Source: Iphione sp. A-MEVVRFRX5 (taxonomy: Eukaryota). Taken from it: a stretch of 64,000 nt of DNA. Below, piece after piece: positions 37,128 to 50,661 of the stretch; position 1 is the first letter of the stretch, and every line of letters starts with the position of its first letter. The position numbers and the translations under genes are program-made. The stretch lies in NCBI GenBank assembly GCA_976226885.1, contig OZ320315.1, positions 42,036,001 to 42,100,000 on the forward strand. The letters are read 5' to 3'. Below the pieces are notes generated by a model. The model searched no databases and was not told the origin of the DNA. It was given only the letters and a program-made list of their open reading frames with translations.

Positions 37128-37605
37128 CTATATATACACATGTGGGCGGTTTTCAATAGAGGTTTGTCCTCGAATACCCCTTCTCTCCACCACCAAAATC
37201 TGTTGGTCTGTGCAGTGAGTGCATGGAAGCTGTTCCAACTGCACCATAGTAGAAACTATTCTGTCTAGAAAGCCCCGTAAAGATTTTAAGCCAATCCTGT
37301 AAATACCCATTAAAGTGGGTCTGCGCATTAAATCAAATAGATGATACAGTCAGTTTTAATGCCGATACCTGTGAACTGGTGTCTGCTTGCATGACTGTTC
37401 AGTCAACTGGGACCCCTCGTAACTGAGTCTGCCCGCCTTCTGAATTATTACAGGCAAAGCTAATGTTGTCTAAATGAAAGGATTTCGTGTTCTTTGCCCT
37501 GACACCCCGGAGGCACTCGTTACAATAAATTGATTTCGCTGGCAAAGATGAAAGGCTGTCTAGGCAAGAATATTTTGGTCCCACATTCATTTGAATTGCA
37601 CTCAT
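37128..37605 (-). mobile_element. Degenerate RT relic
   Basis: RGVRAKNT...GGQTQLRGVPVD, then MGIYRIGLKSLRGFLDRIVSTMV (cf. HGFRKGRST...GKQTD.VFLD, YGIRG..L.WL.SFL.DR.Q.V). Confidence 0.45.
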
Positions 37606-38385
37606 TTTAAAACAGTCCGTCCTTAAAGGATCTTTTCTACCACAATGTTACTAGCTCTAGAGCGTTACGTCGAGAGTGCTGCTGCTGCCTTCGTTTACAT
37701 TGTGCTATAGCCCAGCTGGCCGTTCTCTTGGTTTATTGCTGCGCTTCTCCTCGACGCCCACTTTCTCCGGCTACGTCTATCTTATCTGACAGTGTACGCC
37801 ACCACCCACATCAACATCCCTTTTTAGCCATCGGCCTGCCTCTGGTAGCCCCTTCTTGGTTGCCGGCCAGGCTCCTTGGCTGCGAGGCATCTTTCGTATA
37901 GCGAACCTCGTGCATTGGTCCGAGTGAAGGAAGCCTCAAGTAGGCGCTCTGGGCTGTATCATTGGCCACTGTATCCAGGACGAACAGCGCTAGAGGGGGC
38001 TGGAGGGAGGGCAGCCATACTGTAGGCGGCAACAATCAATGCCAGCTCACCGCTACCTCACCTGAGGCGCCAAAAAGGAAGCGCACCTGCCCACCTCTGC
38101 ATCGGTATGAGCACTCGGCTGTGGCCCACGGCGCCCGACACTGATTAGTTTCCATGTACTTAGCACAAGTAGATGTATAAGGAAGAGCCAGCAGGCCCTT
38201 CTCCGTCACCTCCTCCAGTTCCCTAGTGAAGTCCAATCGTGTCTGCATATACACTTGTACTAGTCTCTGCCAAGGAGACTTGTTATTGTTGATTAAACTA
38301 GGCGTTTATCTCGATATGCTTTCACGTGGGAGAATAGTATGGGCCTAGAGCACATTGCCTTGGCGGTATTTTATTATTTTAGTTA

Positions 38386-39811
38386 ATGAGAAAATTACAC
38401 TTAAGCAAGCTCTTTTGGAGTGGATTTTCCCCGTTGTTAGAGTCAGTGGCCTCGCCTTACATGAGTCTATCGCCACACGTGTTCTCTGTTTTTGAATGTG
38501 TGAGGTCTTTGGTTGGGCAATATCTTTTTATTTGCCATTTTCAGCTCATTTGTTTGGACGTCTGTGTTGTACATTCTGCCGTCAGAGCATTCTGATGTGT
38601 TTTTGTAGTAAGCATCGGGCGTGTACACAAACAGAGCTGGCTCTCATTAGGCTATGATACCACATGTCCTTTTATAAGTCCTACTTGTTATTGTTTTATT
38701 TTTCCAAACATCAACTGGGAGTGCTGCCCTTCGTGACATTTACAAATTAAAGACATCAGCACAAGTTAATCCTTCATTGTGAGTGTTTGTACTCTGAAAA
38801 GAAAAAAACTTTCTTTACGACACCACATGTGTATTGTGTATCATTTGCTACCTTTTGAGCCATAATAAGTCATCTTTGCTATATTTAAACCTGAACAAAA
38901 CAGCTTTACGAAACAAAATATGTTCCTATTCACTTAACCTACCAGGACATCAAATTCGATTTTTTAAACCTTACTGGTTTGACCAGTCACAGGTCAAATA
39001 TGTATTACTATTATACTGCTTGTGATATGGCTCCTTTCGATATACGCTCACTGTTCGAAGTGTCTGAGCTCTGAAATCAGCTCTACAAATTCTTACTTCT
39101 TTCAGAGGGTTCAACATAAAAATCGACTATTTGATAACATAATTTCCATTTCACTGGCACCCAGTCGTAGCATGACGTGTCGTTCGAGGCCTAGTGTTGG
39201 ATGCCTATACATGATTTTGTTGCCCCAGGGTGGCTCTCCAGTAAACATGTCCTAGTTTGCATGATATGAAGACCAACAACACTGACCTCTGCACCCATAC
39301 ACTTTTCTTACGCGACGCAAAGTCCTGCATGGGGTTAGCAATATGGAGCTAGCCCGAGGTGGTTGTACTAGGGCGACAAGGGCAGTGTTCTGTTTCTGCT
39401 CCTGTCTGTTATGAAGACACTTTTCGAGCCTCCTCCATAAGAACGTGCTACGAGGGTGTCATTTGCAGATGTTGGGATACAATTGGCTGCAGTGCTTATA
39501 GCCTGCGGGACCACGTTTTTCAAGGTAATTGGAAAGACCTTGGAGGAAGTCCAGCCCAATTCTCGCAGGCCGGCGGAACTGCCGCCAAGCAAGAACCGCA
39601 TCCGGGTGACTCAGATGCCTGCAAGCCACGTGAGCGTGCTATCTGCGTTTTGATTGGATATCAATCACATCATGATTTGATTTCTTACTTGTGTAATCAA
39701 GTCAAAAGGCCACAATACTCCCTTGTTCCCGGACAGATGCATGGCATCCTTACCGCTTTCTTGTGTTCGAAAATTTACTACAGCCATTTCATGCGATCGT
39801 TCAGGCGGTGA
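38386..39811 (+). mobile_element. Possible long, interrupted ORF2 relic
   Basis: SGFSP...ICLDV...RAF*CV near 38420-38600, and IRTCYEGVICRCWD near 39440 (cf. IRP.LEY...VWD). Weak matches. Confidence 0.35.
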
Positions 39812-40477
39812 CTTGTGCACTATTTAAGTCCTTTAGGCGGTTTTTCCATATATGAACCCTATCCAGTTCCCCCCAAGAATTGCACATCATTCTACTAATG
39901 CCAAAAGCAGCATAAAAAAAGCAGAATGTATAGCTGTAAGAAGCCTTTGTTACGTATGTGACACATGGGACGTTAATATTGCGTGCTTCTTTCCTTAAAT
40001 TCGAGCATATGAAATTATCTAGATTTTACTATTTGACAAATAAAGAAGTTGCATAAATGTAGACACGTCACAATCCCACCGAGCTACGATCTCCATTTGA
40101 ATCCTCCAATAGAGTCGGGGGTCAAGAGTTCTGTTGCCAACCTCAGTGATGTCGCAGTCTTTTACACCACGTGATTTCCCCTGTGCCTCCTACCTCAGAC
40201 ATCATGTAACATTTATCTAATAAGTGCGCCTTCTCGTACAGCCGAGGCTCCCACCCAACGGGAAGTGAACAGTTCTTCACATATTGCTGGTTTATTTTTT
40301 TTTTTGGTACCGTTACCTTTCTGATGGGAGACCAACATCTCAGATTCAGTCAGTATGTATATCGTATACGTCTTTTTTCGGGACGAAAACAATAACCACC
40401 TGTCCTGCGCCTGAAACACTCTTTTAAGCACCCGCCACTTATACAGCTTATATACATGGTTCCACTTTAAGAGTTTC

Positions 40478-40771
40478 ATGCGCCGGTATATGCAGGGCCC
40501 ATGTGAATATGTGCATTCGGCCATCCCTACTCGTGACTGTAGCCGAGAGATCACCCAGATCCCTACAGTCTTCTGTCACGTATCCACCCGACTACACGTC
40601 GGTCATAGGTCAGTTTGCTGGCCCTATGGACCTGATCATGTACCCCAAGGGACAGATAGCGTCCGCATCGCACAGGCCGGTCTTGGCCCGATAGACCGCG
40701 ACCGTCCTAGGCCCTGGTATCGAGTGAAAATCACCAACATGGCCATTGACTACGATTTGTCCGTTGTTTAG
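40478..40771 (+). mobile_element. Degenerate RT relic
   Basis: FCHVSTRLHVGHRSVCW...HVPQGT-DSVRIAQAG-LGP...AIDYDLSV. VPQGT and LGP are recognisable but separated by an in-frame 9-aa insert. Confidence 0.5.
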
Positions 40772-41772
40772 CTTTGGACGATGGACAAACTCTGTATCCG
40801 TTGATCCTGTTGCCTTAAGCTCAGTATCTACTACCTCAGTATTTAAAAAAAACCCTCATGATGTATGTGAAGACAAACTGAGTAAGACGGCAGCATTTGC
40901 TTTTTGCAGCTGCATTCAACCCTGTCATCCGCTTGTTTTTCAAACGGAACCTCAAGCAAGAGACTAGAGTAAAAGCGCTAACATTTTGCTGTATTCAATG
41001 TAGAATTTTGTTTTAGTGGGTGAACTGTCGGTGGGATTTTCTAGAATTCTATCTCCCTTGCCAGTGACTGTCACTTGAGAGATCTGCGGTAAGTGGCACA
41101 CAGCTGCAGTTAAAGCGCGAAGGCTCCACTTAACATGGTTCTCGTGTTAGACGCCCAGCCCCCGGCCCTTGCCTATAATCCTTCCCAGGAAGAACTCAAG
41201 GAATAAAAGGGTCATTAGAAGGGGGCAAGATCGACGGATCCACTCCTACCGGATCCATTTATCTTATCCACTTATCCGAAACTTGTCAATTGATACGGCG
41301 GATCGTGCAAGCTGCCAATGGAGGCCTCCAGTGCAAAATATAGAACAAGGAGAATGAAAAGCCCATGATTTTTAGAGATCAATAGCTAACAGCCTTTACG
41401 AGACGTGAATACAGTAGCATTTCATAGAAATGATTTTGCTGAGTGTTTATCTCACCCCTATGATTACAGTTTGTTGATTTGTAATGGTGTTGTCTTATGA
41501 TCTATAGGTCATCCCATCAAAACCTGTTTTAATTCTGTTACCGAGACAGTTAAAGAATTTCCCTCAGCGGAAAAGCATCCAGTGTAGTACAACAGTTCGT
41601 GTCCATGAGGTCTAGCTGTCACAAATCTCGGTACATAGGTACTTCATGTCCTCTATGTGACCTTGACGAAGCTCAGCCAGGTGTCTCTATTCTTTCAAGG
41701 TCACGGGGGAAGATGAAAAGCATCCCCACGCATGACAGTACGCATCCCTTTTGGCTTAGGAAGATGTTTGAC

Positions 41773-42012
41773 TTAACGCGAGAGAAGGGCCGTGAACAAA
41801 TGCGAGGTACTAGGTCCGTGTTGTATGGCAAGAGAAATCCGCTGAACGTGCAAATCTAGGAAGCCATAAATTGAAAGGGAGGCGAGCTTATAGGATACAT
41901 TTGCACATCTGTTATAAAATTCATAACGTGTCGCCAAAATCGAATTCAATTTATGAGATGGGTTGAAATAGGATCCGTCCTTTGTCGCCCTCGCCGTATT
42001 ATCGCAGGGCAT
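41773..42012 (-). mobile_element. Possible RT relic
   Basis: YKLASLSIYGFLDLHV (cf. HKLASYGIRG.LL.WI). Single motif. Confidence 0.35.
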
Positions 42013-43264
42013 ATCGACGCTACCATTTAAACGTCTGCCTGCGTTGGTATCACGCTCATAATTAGCCCCTAACTACATAATGGAGGTGAGATATATGAGA
42101 TCGTGCTGTTCAGCAGCGCTCGAATGCTCCGTTGACTGCTCTATCAGCTTGGCTTTCGTTCGACGAGAGAAAGGTTTCGGCTGCTGCCGCGTAGACCCCG
42201 CTTCGTTGGACGTCAAAATAAGGCGGCCATTGAAACTGAGTCCGATTCGTTGCTGATTCCTACCGGTGCTGCCTTACAACAAAACACCGCCGTTGAAGTT
42301 TTTTTTTTCTTAAGGGGAGGGGGGAGGGGGCAGGCTGTTCGCAACCGAGGCATTTTGGGGTGAATCGTCCCATCAGAGCCGGTGGTGGCCTTGTGTACGC
42401 ACATACTTAACGCCGGCACTCTTGATGTTGACAAAGAATATTGAGGTCCCCGAGAGATGCAGATAGAAAACAAGGCAAATACAACATGCGGTGTTTACGT
42501 GCCCTTCTTCACTTCTCCCAAGACCCCTTCAGATTTTGGACAAGCTTGTTGTGCGACGCAAGGTTTAGATCCAGTCAAATAAATGTGAAACTGATATAGG
42601 GAAACTGTATATGATGCGTCAACTATTCAAAACAGAAAGACCGGTTGTTGTTTTTTTTTAAATCTGTGCCTTAGTGTTTGTAGTGAAGACTCTTTTTTTA
42701 AAAAAATTGAAACTGAATATTGAGTAGAACCGTTGGGCGGAAGCAGATAATTCAAGTTAACGTGAATCGACTGCCAACGATGTCGTGACAGTCCAATGAG
42801 GATTCACAGTTCCCCTACTTTCCTGAGACGTCCCTATACGCGTGTTGATGTAGGCTGCAACATGCATTGCAGCAATATTTGCATGTATTCGTCTCCAAGT
42901 GATTAATGCATGTCATCAAAATTGTTGTACATCCAGATGCCACAGAATATGGTAATATAAGGTCCATGAAACTACATCGATACATGCACATCCGGTATTT
43001 TCAGTATATTTGTCTTCGTATCTCCCGTACCACAATGCAATATTGATTTTCCGTTAGTCTTATTGGACTCCCCAGTGCAGCTGAATGCCACAAGCAATAT
43101 CCTTTTACGAGATTTCGCCTACCACAGCCAACTTATCGTCATATGCCTCTCGGTAGTGAGGTCAATACGGGCGGAGAAACGAAATAGAAACCCCACAGAC
43201 CCCGACGCAAATTAAGGCCCATTGTCATTCTTGGAGAAGCCGTTAGAAACTGAAGTGAAACCCA

Positions 43265-44489
43265 TTGCGTGGTGGGCTAGAGTTACTCCAGTGTGAGCGA
43301 CTCATTTCGAGCGAGCTGCCGAGGGATATGTCATCTTATACTGAGGCGCTCCTATCAAACATCCCTTTGTGGATCCGAGCAGACGGGCCCTACAGGTTCT
43401 CACTGTTTGGCTGGTGCATCCATTTCCTAGTTCAGTCCCATCAAGTGACTGGACCAGGTGGGATATTTTGATTGAGCAAACAACACAGTTTGTTCTGCTT
43501 GCAGGCAAACGCAGTTATTTCAAACAATGCTCTTTTATATAGTTGTCCAAGTCCTACCCCCAAAGAAAAAGAATGTGCCAGTAAAAGAGATCCTCGTCCA
43601 GATTAGGTTTTTATAGTATTGGAATCTGGTTTAGATTGCTATTGCCAGGCAATGTTTTCACGAAAACATTTGATGACTAAACAGTCTATTTGGATTGAAG
43701 GTACTGGTAGTGCTTACGTGCTCGGCAAACCATCATCGATCACTGTCAGGCGCTGTGTCCAAGGAGCGTCGTAATTAACACCCAGGTGCCAACTCCCATA
43801 CAGAGTGTCACGAACCTGCAGCGTTGTATTGTCTGAGCATGCCACCATCAGTCAAACACCGATTAATCCTATACACGCACACAGAAACACAAACCGCTCA
43901 GTGTACTCGGGAGAATATGTAGCTTTAAGTTTCATTAGCGATTTGCTTTTTAATTCATCTTTCAAATAACTTCTCTATTCGCACCAACAACCATACGACT
44001 GTGGAAAGTAAGAGACTCTCTTTCAATCTTTCCTCGGAGAAATAAAAACGAACACGTTTAACAAGCGAATTTTCAGCTTTCTCTCACACAATGCTGTACT
44101 GTTCAGAACGTCAGGTGTTACAAGCAGTTAAAAAAATAGACTGATTATCATTGTGGCACTGGACCACATTGTGTGACTTAACTGGAGAAACACAAGGTTG
44201 TTGCTACCTAAAGGCTATCAATATTAATGGCTTAGCGGAGCGTGCACGGGCAGGGTGAAATGCAGAGAAGTAGCATATGATATGCCGTGTCATGATACGA
44301 CCATCCTATTGTTTACCTTTCGCCTGGCGCTGTCGACGCCGAGACACTGAGGACAATGGCACCAGACTGGATCCCATTTGGATCCTTTTGCGATCTGATC
44401 CTATGCTCACACCATTAACACCCAGGGCTAGAACAGCGATGTTCCTGTTGGGTAAAAGGGTTAGAGCTGTGAATATGAATGGCAGCTGA
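43265..44489 (+). mobile_element. Degenerate RT relic, collinear over 1.2 kb
   Basis: LFGWCIHFLVQSHQV; VPVKEILVQIRFL*YWNL at about 43575 (same spacing as VPQGSILGPLLFLIYINDL); FDD*TVY at 43669; RVMIRPSYCLPFAW...LTPLTPRARTAMFLLGKRV. Confidence 0.65.
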
Positions 44490-45477
44490 TTAGGCCGAGA
44501 ATATTCATGGACGTGTAATGGTCTGTAGTTTGTAAGGTCACTTTATACCATGCAGACTCGAAGCGTTCTGTTTACTTTCCACTGAGAGGATGTTACTGTG
44601 GCAAACGACACCCGGTCTAAAGCCTGCCTATCGCACGATGATTCATTCATTTCAAATACAAGGCTCTTCTTTAACTTAAACGGTTACACCTATTGTGGTG
44701 GCACGTCTTCAGATAGTGTCATTTCCTTAAGTTTTGCTGGTTTGTTACAATTAATTCACACTGTGAATAAGTACTGCGCACGCCACGTTACCTTTCAGTA
44801 AATTGCCTTATGTAATGTGTATACAAGTAAGAGGCCAAGTCTCCTAATTGCGTCTCTAATAATACGGCTCCTTCGCACTGGAAGTTAGGGTCTGTGTATC
44901 ATAGCCAGCCAGGGAGTTACTCCTGAGAGAACTTCCTGCCAAGGGACTGCTGCTGCTCTTCGGGGACAACCCTAGGCGGAAACCAGACTTTAGAACCAAT
45001 AGACAACAGGCGACTGTGTGTTGTTGTAGAGCTTTTATTGAATTCTGTGTTTACTGAGAGCAGCTGTTCGCCAGCAGCCACAAGCAAGCCCTATTGATGT
45101 CTCCAGGGTGGCAGAACAATGGACTTCCTCCCTTTGGAACTTAAGCTGGCGTACAAATATAGAGGGTGCCAGCCAGATAAGATGGCCGAGTATAAGCACG
45201 CACCAGGCCACAAGTAGCTACCTCGAAGCAGGGATTTCCTAGCTTCCTTGACCCACTCTAGCTACTACTCCATTGTGTGCATTCGTAAATACCACTGAGA
45301 ATTGACCTTATATTCTTTAACATTCACTCTGAAAAAAAACATGCCTTTCCTAGTGAATCACATCCCCAGATCATTATAACATCAGACATTTTCAGTTGGT
45401 CGTAATGAACAGCCGTTTTTCATCGTAATTCCAACAAAGATGACATCCGTGAGATGAAATATTTTCCCCAACATGTG

Positions 45478-45559
45478 CATGTACCAGAGATGTACGAACT
45501 TCTTGAAGTTTGGGTGCATTTACATGTACTCGGGACGTACGAACTTCTTGAAGTTTGGG
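45478..45559. repeat. 45-bp-period tandem duplication
   Basis: Identical 23-bp core GTACGAACTTCTTGAAGTTTGGG at 45492 and 45537. Confidence 0.9.
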
Positions 45560-45709
45560 AAACCCCAGTTTACTTTTCATACGGCACGTATGCATGGTAT
45601 GCGTTATTCCTTTGCATAATCTCCCATTAGTGAGGAAGGCTCAGCTGGAGACTGACCGTCGCTAACCCTAAACATCGTCGACGGGGGGGCCTAGGACTCA
45701 GAATCACAG

Positions 45710-45919
45710 GTGTTGGGCCCTCGAGCTGCTCATATTCGGAACCTTAGGCGGCAAGCGGCTCGTCATGATGAAATGCTGCGTTACCCGCTGTGCTCGTTCG
45801 CTCTTCGCCGCATTTTTGGTAATTCTCTTCTCGGCATGATAACACATTTAGCATCTTGTCGTGCTGGCAGGTTCATAATAAACACGACAGTCAGCCAGAG
45901 CGTCACCATCAGGATTTAG
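45710..45919 (+). mobile_element. Possible ORF2 relic
   Basis: HIRNLRRQAARHDEMLRY (cf. HI.NI..KASR.LGMLRR). Confidence 0.35.
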
Positions 45920-46241
45920 TGAACTCTTCATGAGTTTTGCTACTTCGCTCTAGAGCAGGACAACCAACTGCGGTTGAAGTGGGTATATAGAAATGACTAT
46001 CACTCAGACAGAAACGTGACCGAAGTCAGCCATACATTATTTATGTATTCCATATACACTCTCTAAAGTGGGAAATATGTCTGAATCATGCCTCGGGAAT
46101 GGCCTTTTATGCGACTGTTTAATGTGAATGTGTCCCCTGTGGACAGATAACCCCTAGAGGTGGTAGGTGTTATCTAGTTTAATTCACAGTTTACATCGGC
46201 CGTTCATCCAGACCTCCGAGTCTTATATAAGGCCGCGACCT

Positions 46242-46451
46242 TCAGGAATAACCTGACTCGCTCGAGGGTGAAGTCCTTGCATAATGGCTACCATACGGGA
46301 GATAGGCTGTGTGTGCAAACCAAAGGCAGCCTGGCACAAGCTCGGGATTGATTGCGCCCACATTGGAATAGAGTTGGGCTCTAGCCGGCCCCGTATGAGA
46401 TGCACAAGGAAAGGCTCCCTTGATGGCGCCCATGGCCTGTTGATCTTCCAA
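46242..46451 (-). mobile_element. Degenerate RT catalytic-region relic
   Basis: GAFPCASHTGPARAQLYSNV...LWFAHTAYL keeps the spacing of GVPQGS.LGP.LF.LYIND...LFADDT.L. Confidence 0.5.
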
Positions 46452-46808
46452 TCTTTAGTGCGCGCTAATCATAGCATTTTATGCGTTAATTGGCTCTGTT
46501 ATGCCTTTGATCAATAAGAATCGATGCATTATGGAATAGATCTCATTGTTAATCAACGTAATAATATTGATCTACGGTTGCAGGTGGCATTCTATGTGCA
46601 TACGCCTTCCTCTCATTTCTTGTAGCGGATTCGGACAGTAACACGTTCTCGGGCTACGGTCCAATAGAGTAAAAGAAAGGCGGAACAGTTTATATTGTAA
46701 TAAATACAGCTAGTGTCGGGCACGCCGATGGCTGTCTGTCAGATTTCAGTTACATTGCAGGCGATGGCTACTGGTAAACCAAGGTGTGGCTCGACCCCCG
46801 CCCCGGTT

Positions 46809-47846
46809 TTAAGTTAATGTCGCCACAGTATGAGGTGGTGACAGCAGCACACAGGAAGCTCTAAGGGGTATGACCAAGCGGCACACCTGCCTGCTGATTC
46901 CTGCGGAAGTAGCTGATGGAACCCCGTCACGAAGGGAATAGGCCATCTTCAAAGAGAACCTTCTACCCAGGTGCAAAGCCGGCAAAACCATTAGTGGCAA
47001 TCGTAGGAGGACTGTTAGTGGCTTTTCGCCAGAGTGTATGTGATAAAAAAAACTGCTATTAGAATACATTGCTCCTAGAATGCAACGACTTGAAAACCCC
47101 AGCAATATTCTTAATGAACTTCCCATTATAAATCAGTACGAACCCTATTTACCCAGTAGGCTACTGAGTCATTGTTTACAACGACCGAAGCCACATGGCT
47201 TCCCTTCTCCAATTATGGAGCTGGTGCCGCGGGGAGGGGAGACGGAGTGGAGGATAGAAATGGCTCTTGGTCTAAGTGAGTCCTGGAGAATGCGGTCATT
47301 CCGGTAGCCTTGGGAATGTCCTCACGTGCTTACGTAGGCGGCGATAACGCGGCCAGCAACAACCAACTGCTCTCTTGATCTTGCGCACCCGTCGCGGTTG
47401 GTGCTAGTAAACGTCGTGGAGGAAGGGCGCTGACCGCAGCGCCGCCTGATGTAGGAGCGCGTCAAGTGGCCGTGTCTGACTCGGCTTAACGGTGACGTCA
47501 CATTCTAAAAGGTTTTGTGGGGAATGCTTTGTGAAGAGGGCTAGGACGATTAGGATGTCTGCTGGACGGAGTTAACGACTTGAAATGCCTGAGGTTTTGC
47601 GTGGAAACGCTACAGTTCTTCTTGCAGCCGATGTGGTTTCGACTCTGATAAAGGGAATGCTTGGCACCGTCGTTTATTGTAGTTTTTAAAGAAATTCGCT
47701 ACCTGACATTCATAGGACACCAGGCCCTTGTGTATATGCATAAGACGACGAAAAAAGATATGTGACAAGTTAAAATACCTCCGTAAAATATATTCTATGG
47801 TTGTGTCAGCAATACAATGTATTACAAATGGAACGGCATGAACCAC
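46809..47846 (-). mobile_element. Degenerate ORF2 relic
   Basis: YFNLSHIFFRRL...NFFKNYNKRRCQ, then SRCILGAMY...LPALHLGRRFSLKMAYSLRDGVP (cf. LP.L..RR....L...YKI.NG..P). Confidence 0.5.
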
Positions 47847-48324
47847 TTAAGTCGTTTCATATACATACACGTAGGTGTCTGTACATGTCTGGAGACGAGA
47901 CTATGGGTCTCCTATTGTCAGTACTAATATGTATAATATACACATACTATAGGATCTACATTTTAAATAAGCTACTACAAAAAATGTATTTATGAAGATG
48001 ACTAGGAAAGACTTTAGGGGTGGCAGAAGGGACCCATTGTCTGTTGGCATGGACGTGAATAATGCAATTGGGTGAATCAGAGTGTGGTAAGTCGCTATTT
48101 TTGCTTACTTCTGTTGTGATCCGAAGGGACTTTTTTCATCCATGAATGAGTCATTTCCAGTGGGTATCATTTTAATCTGAGCTGATATGTTGTCATTCTA
48201 CGTCTTGAAACTTCCTAACTCCATGCGGGACTACTAACCCCTATTCATATACCCCATCCCCAATCAGCCATTATGGAACAGACATTACAGTAGGCTATGA
48301 TTGCCTGATAAAGGTAGCTAACAT

Positions 48325-48519
48325 TTGCAGACGGAGCACATCGATAGAGACAGACCACTGGCAATTACTTGGGCTCACCACAACCTGTCCGATTCAGTGT
48401 TATTGCTATTATGCGCATATGAAAAGGGTATATTGTCACGTAATTCGACTGCACGTCGAACGACAGCTCCAGCAGTGACTGTTCAGGAGGGAAACAGCCT
48501 CTCGTCAATCTGCCTGTAG
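48325..48519 (+). mobile_element. Possible RT relic
   Basis: DRPLAIT...ILSRNS (cf. YRPISLT...LLS.NQ). Weak. Confidence 0.3.
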
Positions 48520-48868
48520 GAAGCCAGCGGCTGGATGTGACATCTCCGACTTTGAAGTTGGAGGAAATGCACAACGCCACCTAGCGGAAAATACCTGGGT
48601 CTGTGCGCTGATAATTGGCAACGATAGGAAGGACATACCATGTGACTTGCTGGTCCTGTGTCTCTGGCATGTCTTACTGTTGAGGTCTGTGGCCTAGGTC
48701 TGGTCACCTGTAAGGAGCATTAGGTCCTCTCCTACCCGCTTTTCATCCGTAAACACTAAATCCCAAGACCCAGTTGTATTCACATATAAGCCACTCGCCT
48801 TTCCAGCGGTCACCCCGTCACTTCCGCTCCCTGACGGGACTGTCGTCTTGAGTGGTGTGTGCACCGGC

Positions 48869-49407
48869 TCAACCTATACATGAGCACCTCGCAAGGCCCC
48901 TTAAGACGTGCTCAAAGCCAAGTACCCCTCGTGTTTCAAAGAGGCCACAAACGTATGGTACGTGGGCACGACCGTTTGGAAGAAGCCCGCAGAATAGCAT
49001 ACGACTGTCCGCCGCGATAATGGAGCTGCATACATTGACTAGAGATATATGCCTGCGCGTGCAGGTGGATATGTACATGGGTTAGCTGTATCGCCTGGTG
49101 ATCGCCGATGGAGATCCTTTGTTACTTTTTTTTCATACACACCGTGAGAGGTTGGCAAGTACTGATTGCCTACAGTGCCTGGCCGCCGGGGAATAGCGTG
49201 ACACGTGGCGTGGACCCGGCTAGAACTCCTGGCGGAATGAGAATAGATGCTTTCCGCCGCTTTTTGGAGGGAGATGAGCGGCTCACGTGACAAGAACTGA
49301 AAGGAACACGACACCTTCAAAGTCAATTGAGTGTAATTCTTAGTGCTAAGACAGTGGTACAGACTTACCTCAATATACCAGGCGATCTTCCCTCCCCCAC
49401 CGCCCAT
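48869..49407 (-). mobile_element. Degenerate RT relic, domains 1-2
   Basis: LQKAAESI, VYEKK...DTANPCTYPP, and in the adjacent frame RRHISLVNVCSSII...VCGLFETRG (cf. NYRPISLLNVCSKIL...Q.GFR..RS). Confidence 0.55.
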
Positions 49408-50478
49408 CCCCCGAAGAGAACAAAGTGTTTATAGCATGAAGATCGAGATTCATAGCGTTTTATACGTTACGAGGCAGTATCATATATCAAACCAGCCTGT
49501 CTTTAGAAGGTTCACGCACTCATGCGACAGAGACATCCCTTATAGCTACATGTTGGTTTGACCACGGTACATCAGGGACTACTCTACAACTCTGTTTAAG
49601 ATGTGTCGTGTCCCTTTCGCTTGCCCCCACTGTTATCTGTACCTCCTGGTAAACATGACCAAGAATCTTCCTGCTCTACCCCATATGTTGCTGAATAATT
49701 CAACGTCATTAAAGTAAATGAGCGATGATTTCCACGCCTGTGTCAAGCAGTCTACCTATACAGTCCCTCACAACATTCATAACGTTATCAAACTATAGCG
49801 GGCTGTTGCGCCCGCCACCATACCTATTCATTCCCAAATTCGAGCTGCACGGCTGTATTACTACGCCGGTGAGGTCGCTGTCTCCGGCCGCTGCCCAGAT
49901 TGATGAGGCTGGATCGTTGAAGATTAAACCGACAGACGAGCGGTGAGCTGACCGCTCTCCAATCTGAGCAGCGCGACTGCGACACCTCTGCCGGAGTTCC
50001 CCAAGGCTTTGCAACCCCCACGGCCGCCCGCTCTTCTCATTTACTTTTGGTATTGACTCGATGACCTTGTTGGCTGCTAGTCGATTGCTCAGGTCCCTGA
50101 CCTTTAAGGAACAGCTATGAGGACATTAACCGTCCCCTCGTGACCCGTGCTATATCTGAGTTCGACTCCATTGCCACTACTAGACAATGCCGCATGTGGG
50201 GCGCGCGTGTTCCGTAATATCTCCACGCTTATTAACAAATATCAGGTATGAAAGGCTCTTCAAAGGTTTTCCATCCTGTAAGGGTCCAGGGGAAAATTAC
50301 GCGTGCTGATAAGATCAGATTATATGGAGCATCTGGCAGCCTTACTGTGGCCTACCCAATCGAAAGGCCAACGGCAGAGCGCTGCCATGCACCGTAACCT
50401 TTGGACACCAATCGCTGGCCACCTCGATGAGATGGTGATAAATGGCTCAATGGTCAGAGGCAACTGAATACAACTGAA

Positions 50479-50661
50479 TTGCCTCCTGATAAAAGCCGCT
50501 CTGATGGCTACTCTTTCCTGTGTACTTCACCAACCTGCATTACCAGGCCACCGTTCAAGGGTCCTTGGTGGAAAAAGCCTATGTTCAGCCCTTTTGCACT
50601 TTATTATATCTTACTTTTTGGAAAATTTCATATTCCTAGGATGGACTTTGTTGTACCTTAG
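50479..50661 (+). mobile_element. Degenerate RT relic, N-terminal region
   Basis: PDKSRSDGYSFL...WWKKPMFSPF (cf. PNKSPGPDGI...DWKKANVSPIF). Confidence 0.5.

Noticed and set aside
43806-44122. Solo LTR (TGTCAC...AATAAA...GTTACA)
   Set aside because: Flanks AGAG and AGCA do not form a TSD; no PBS or PPT.
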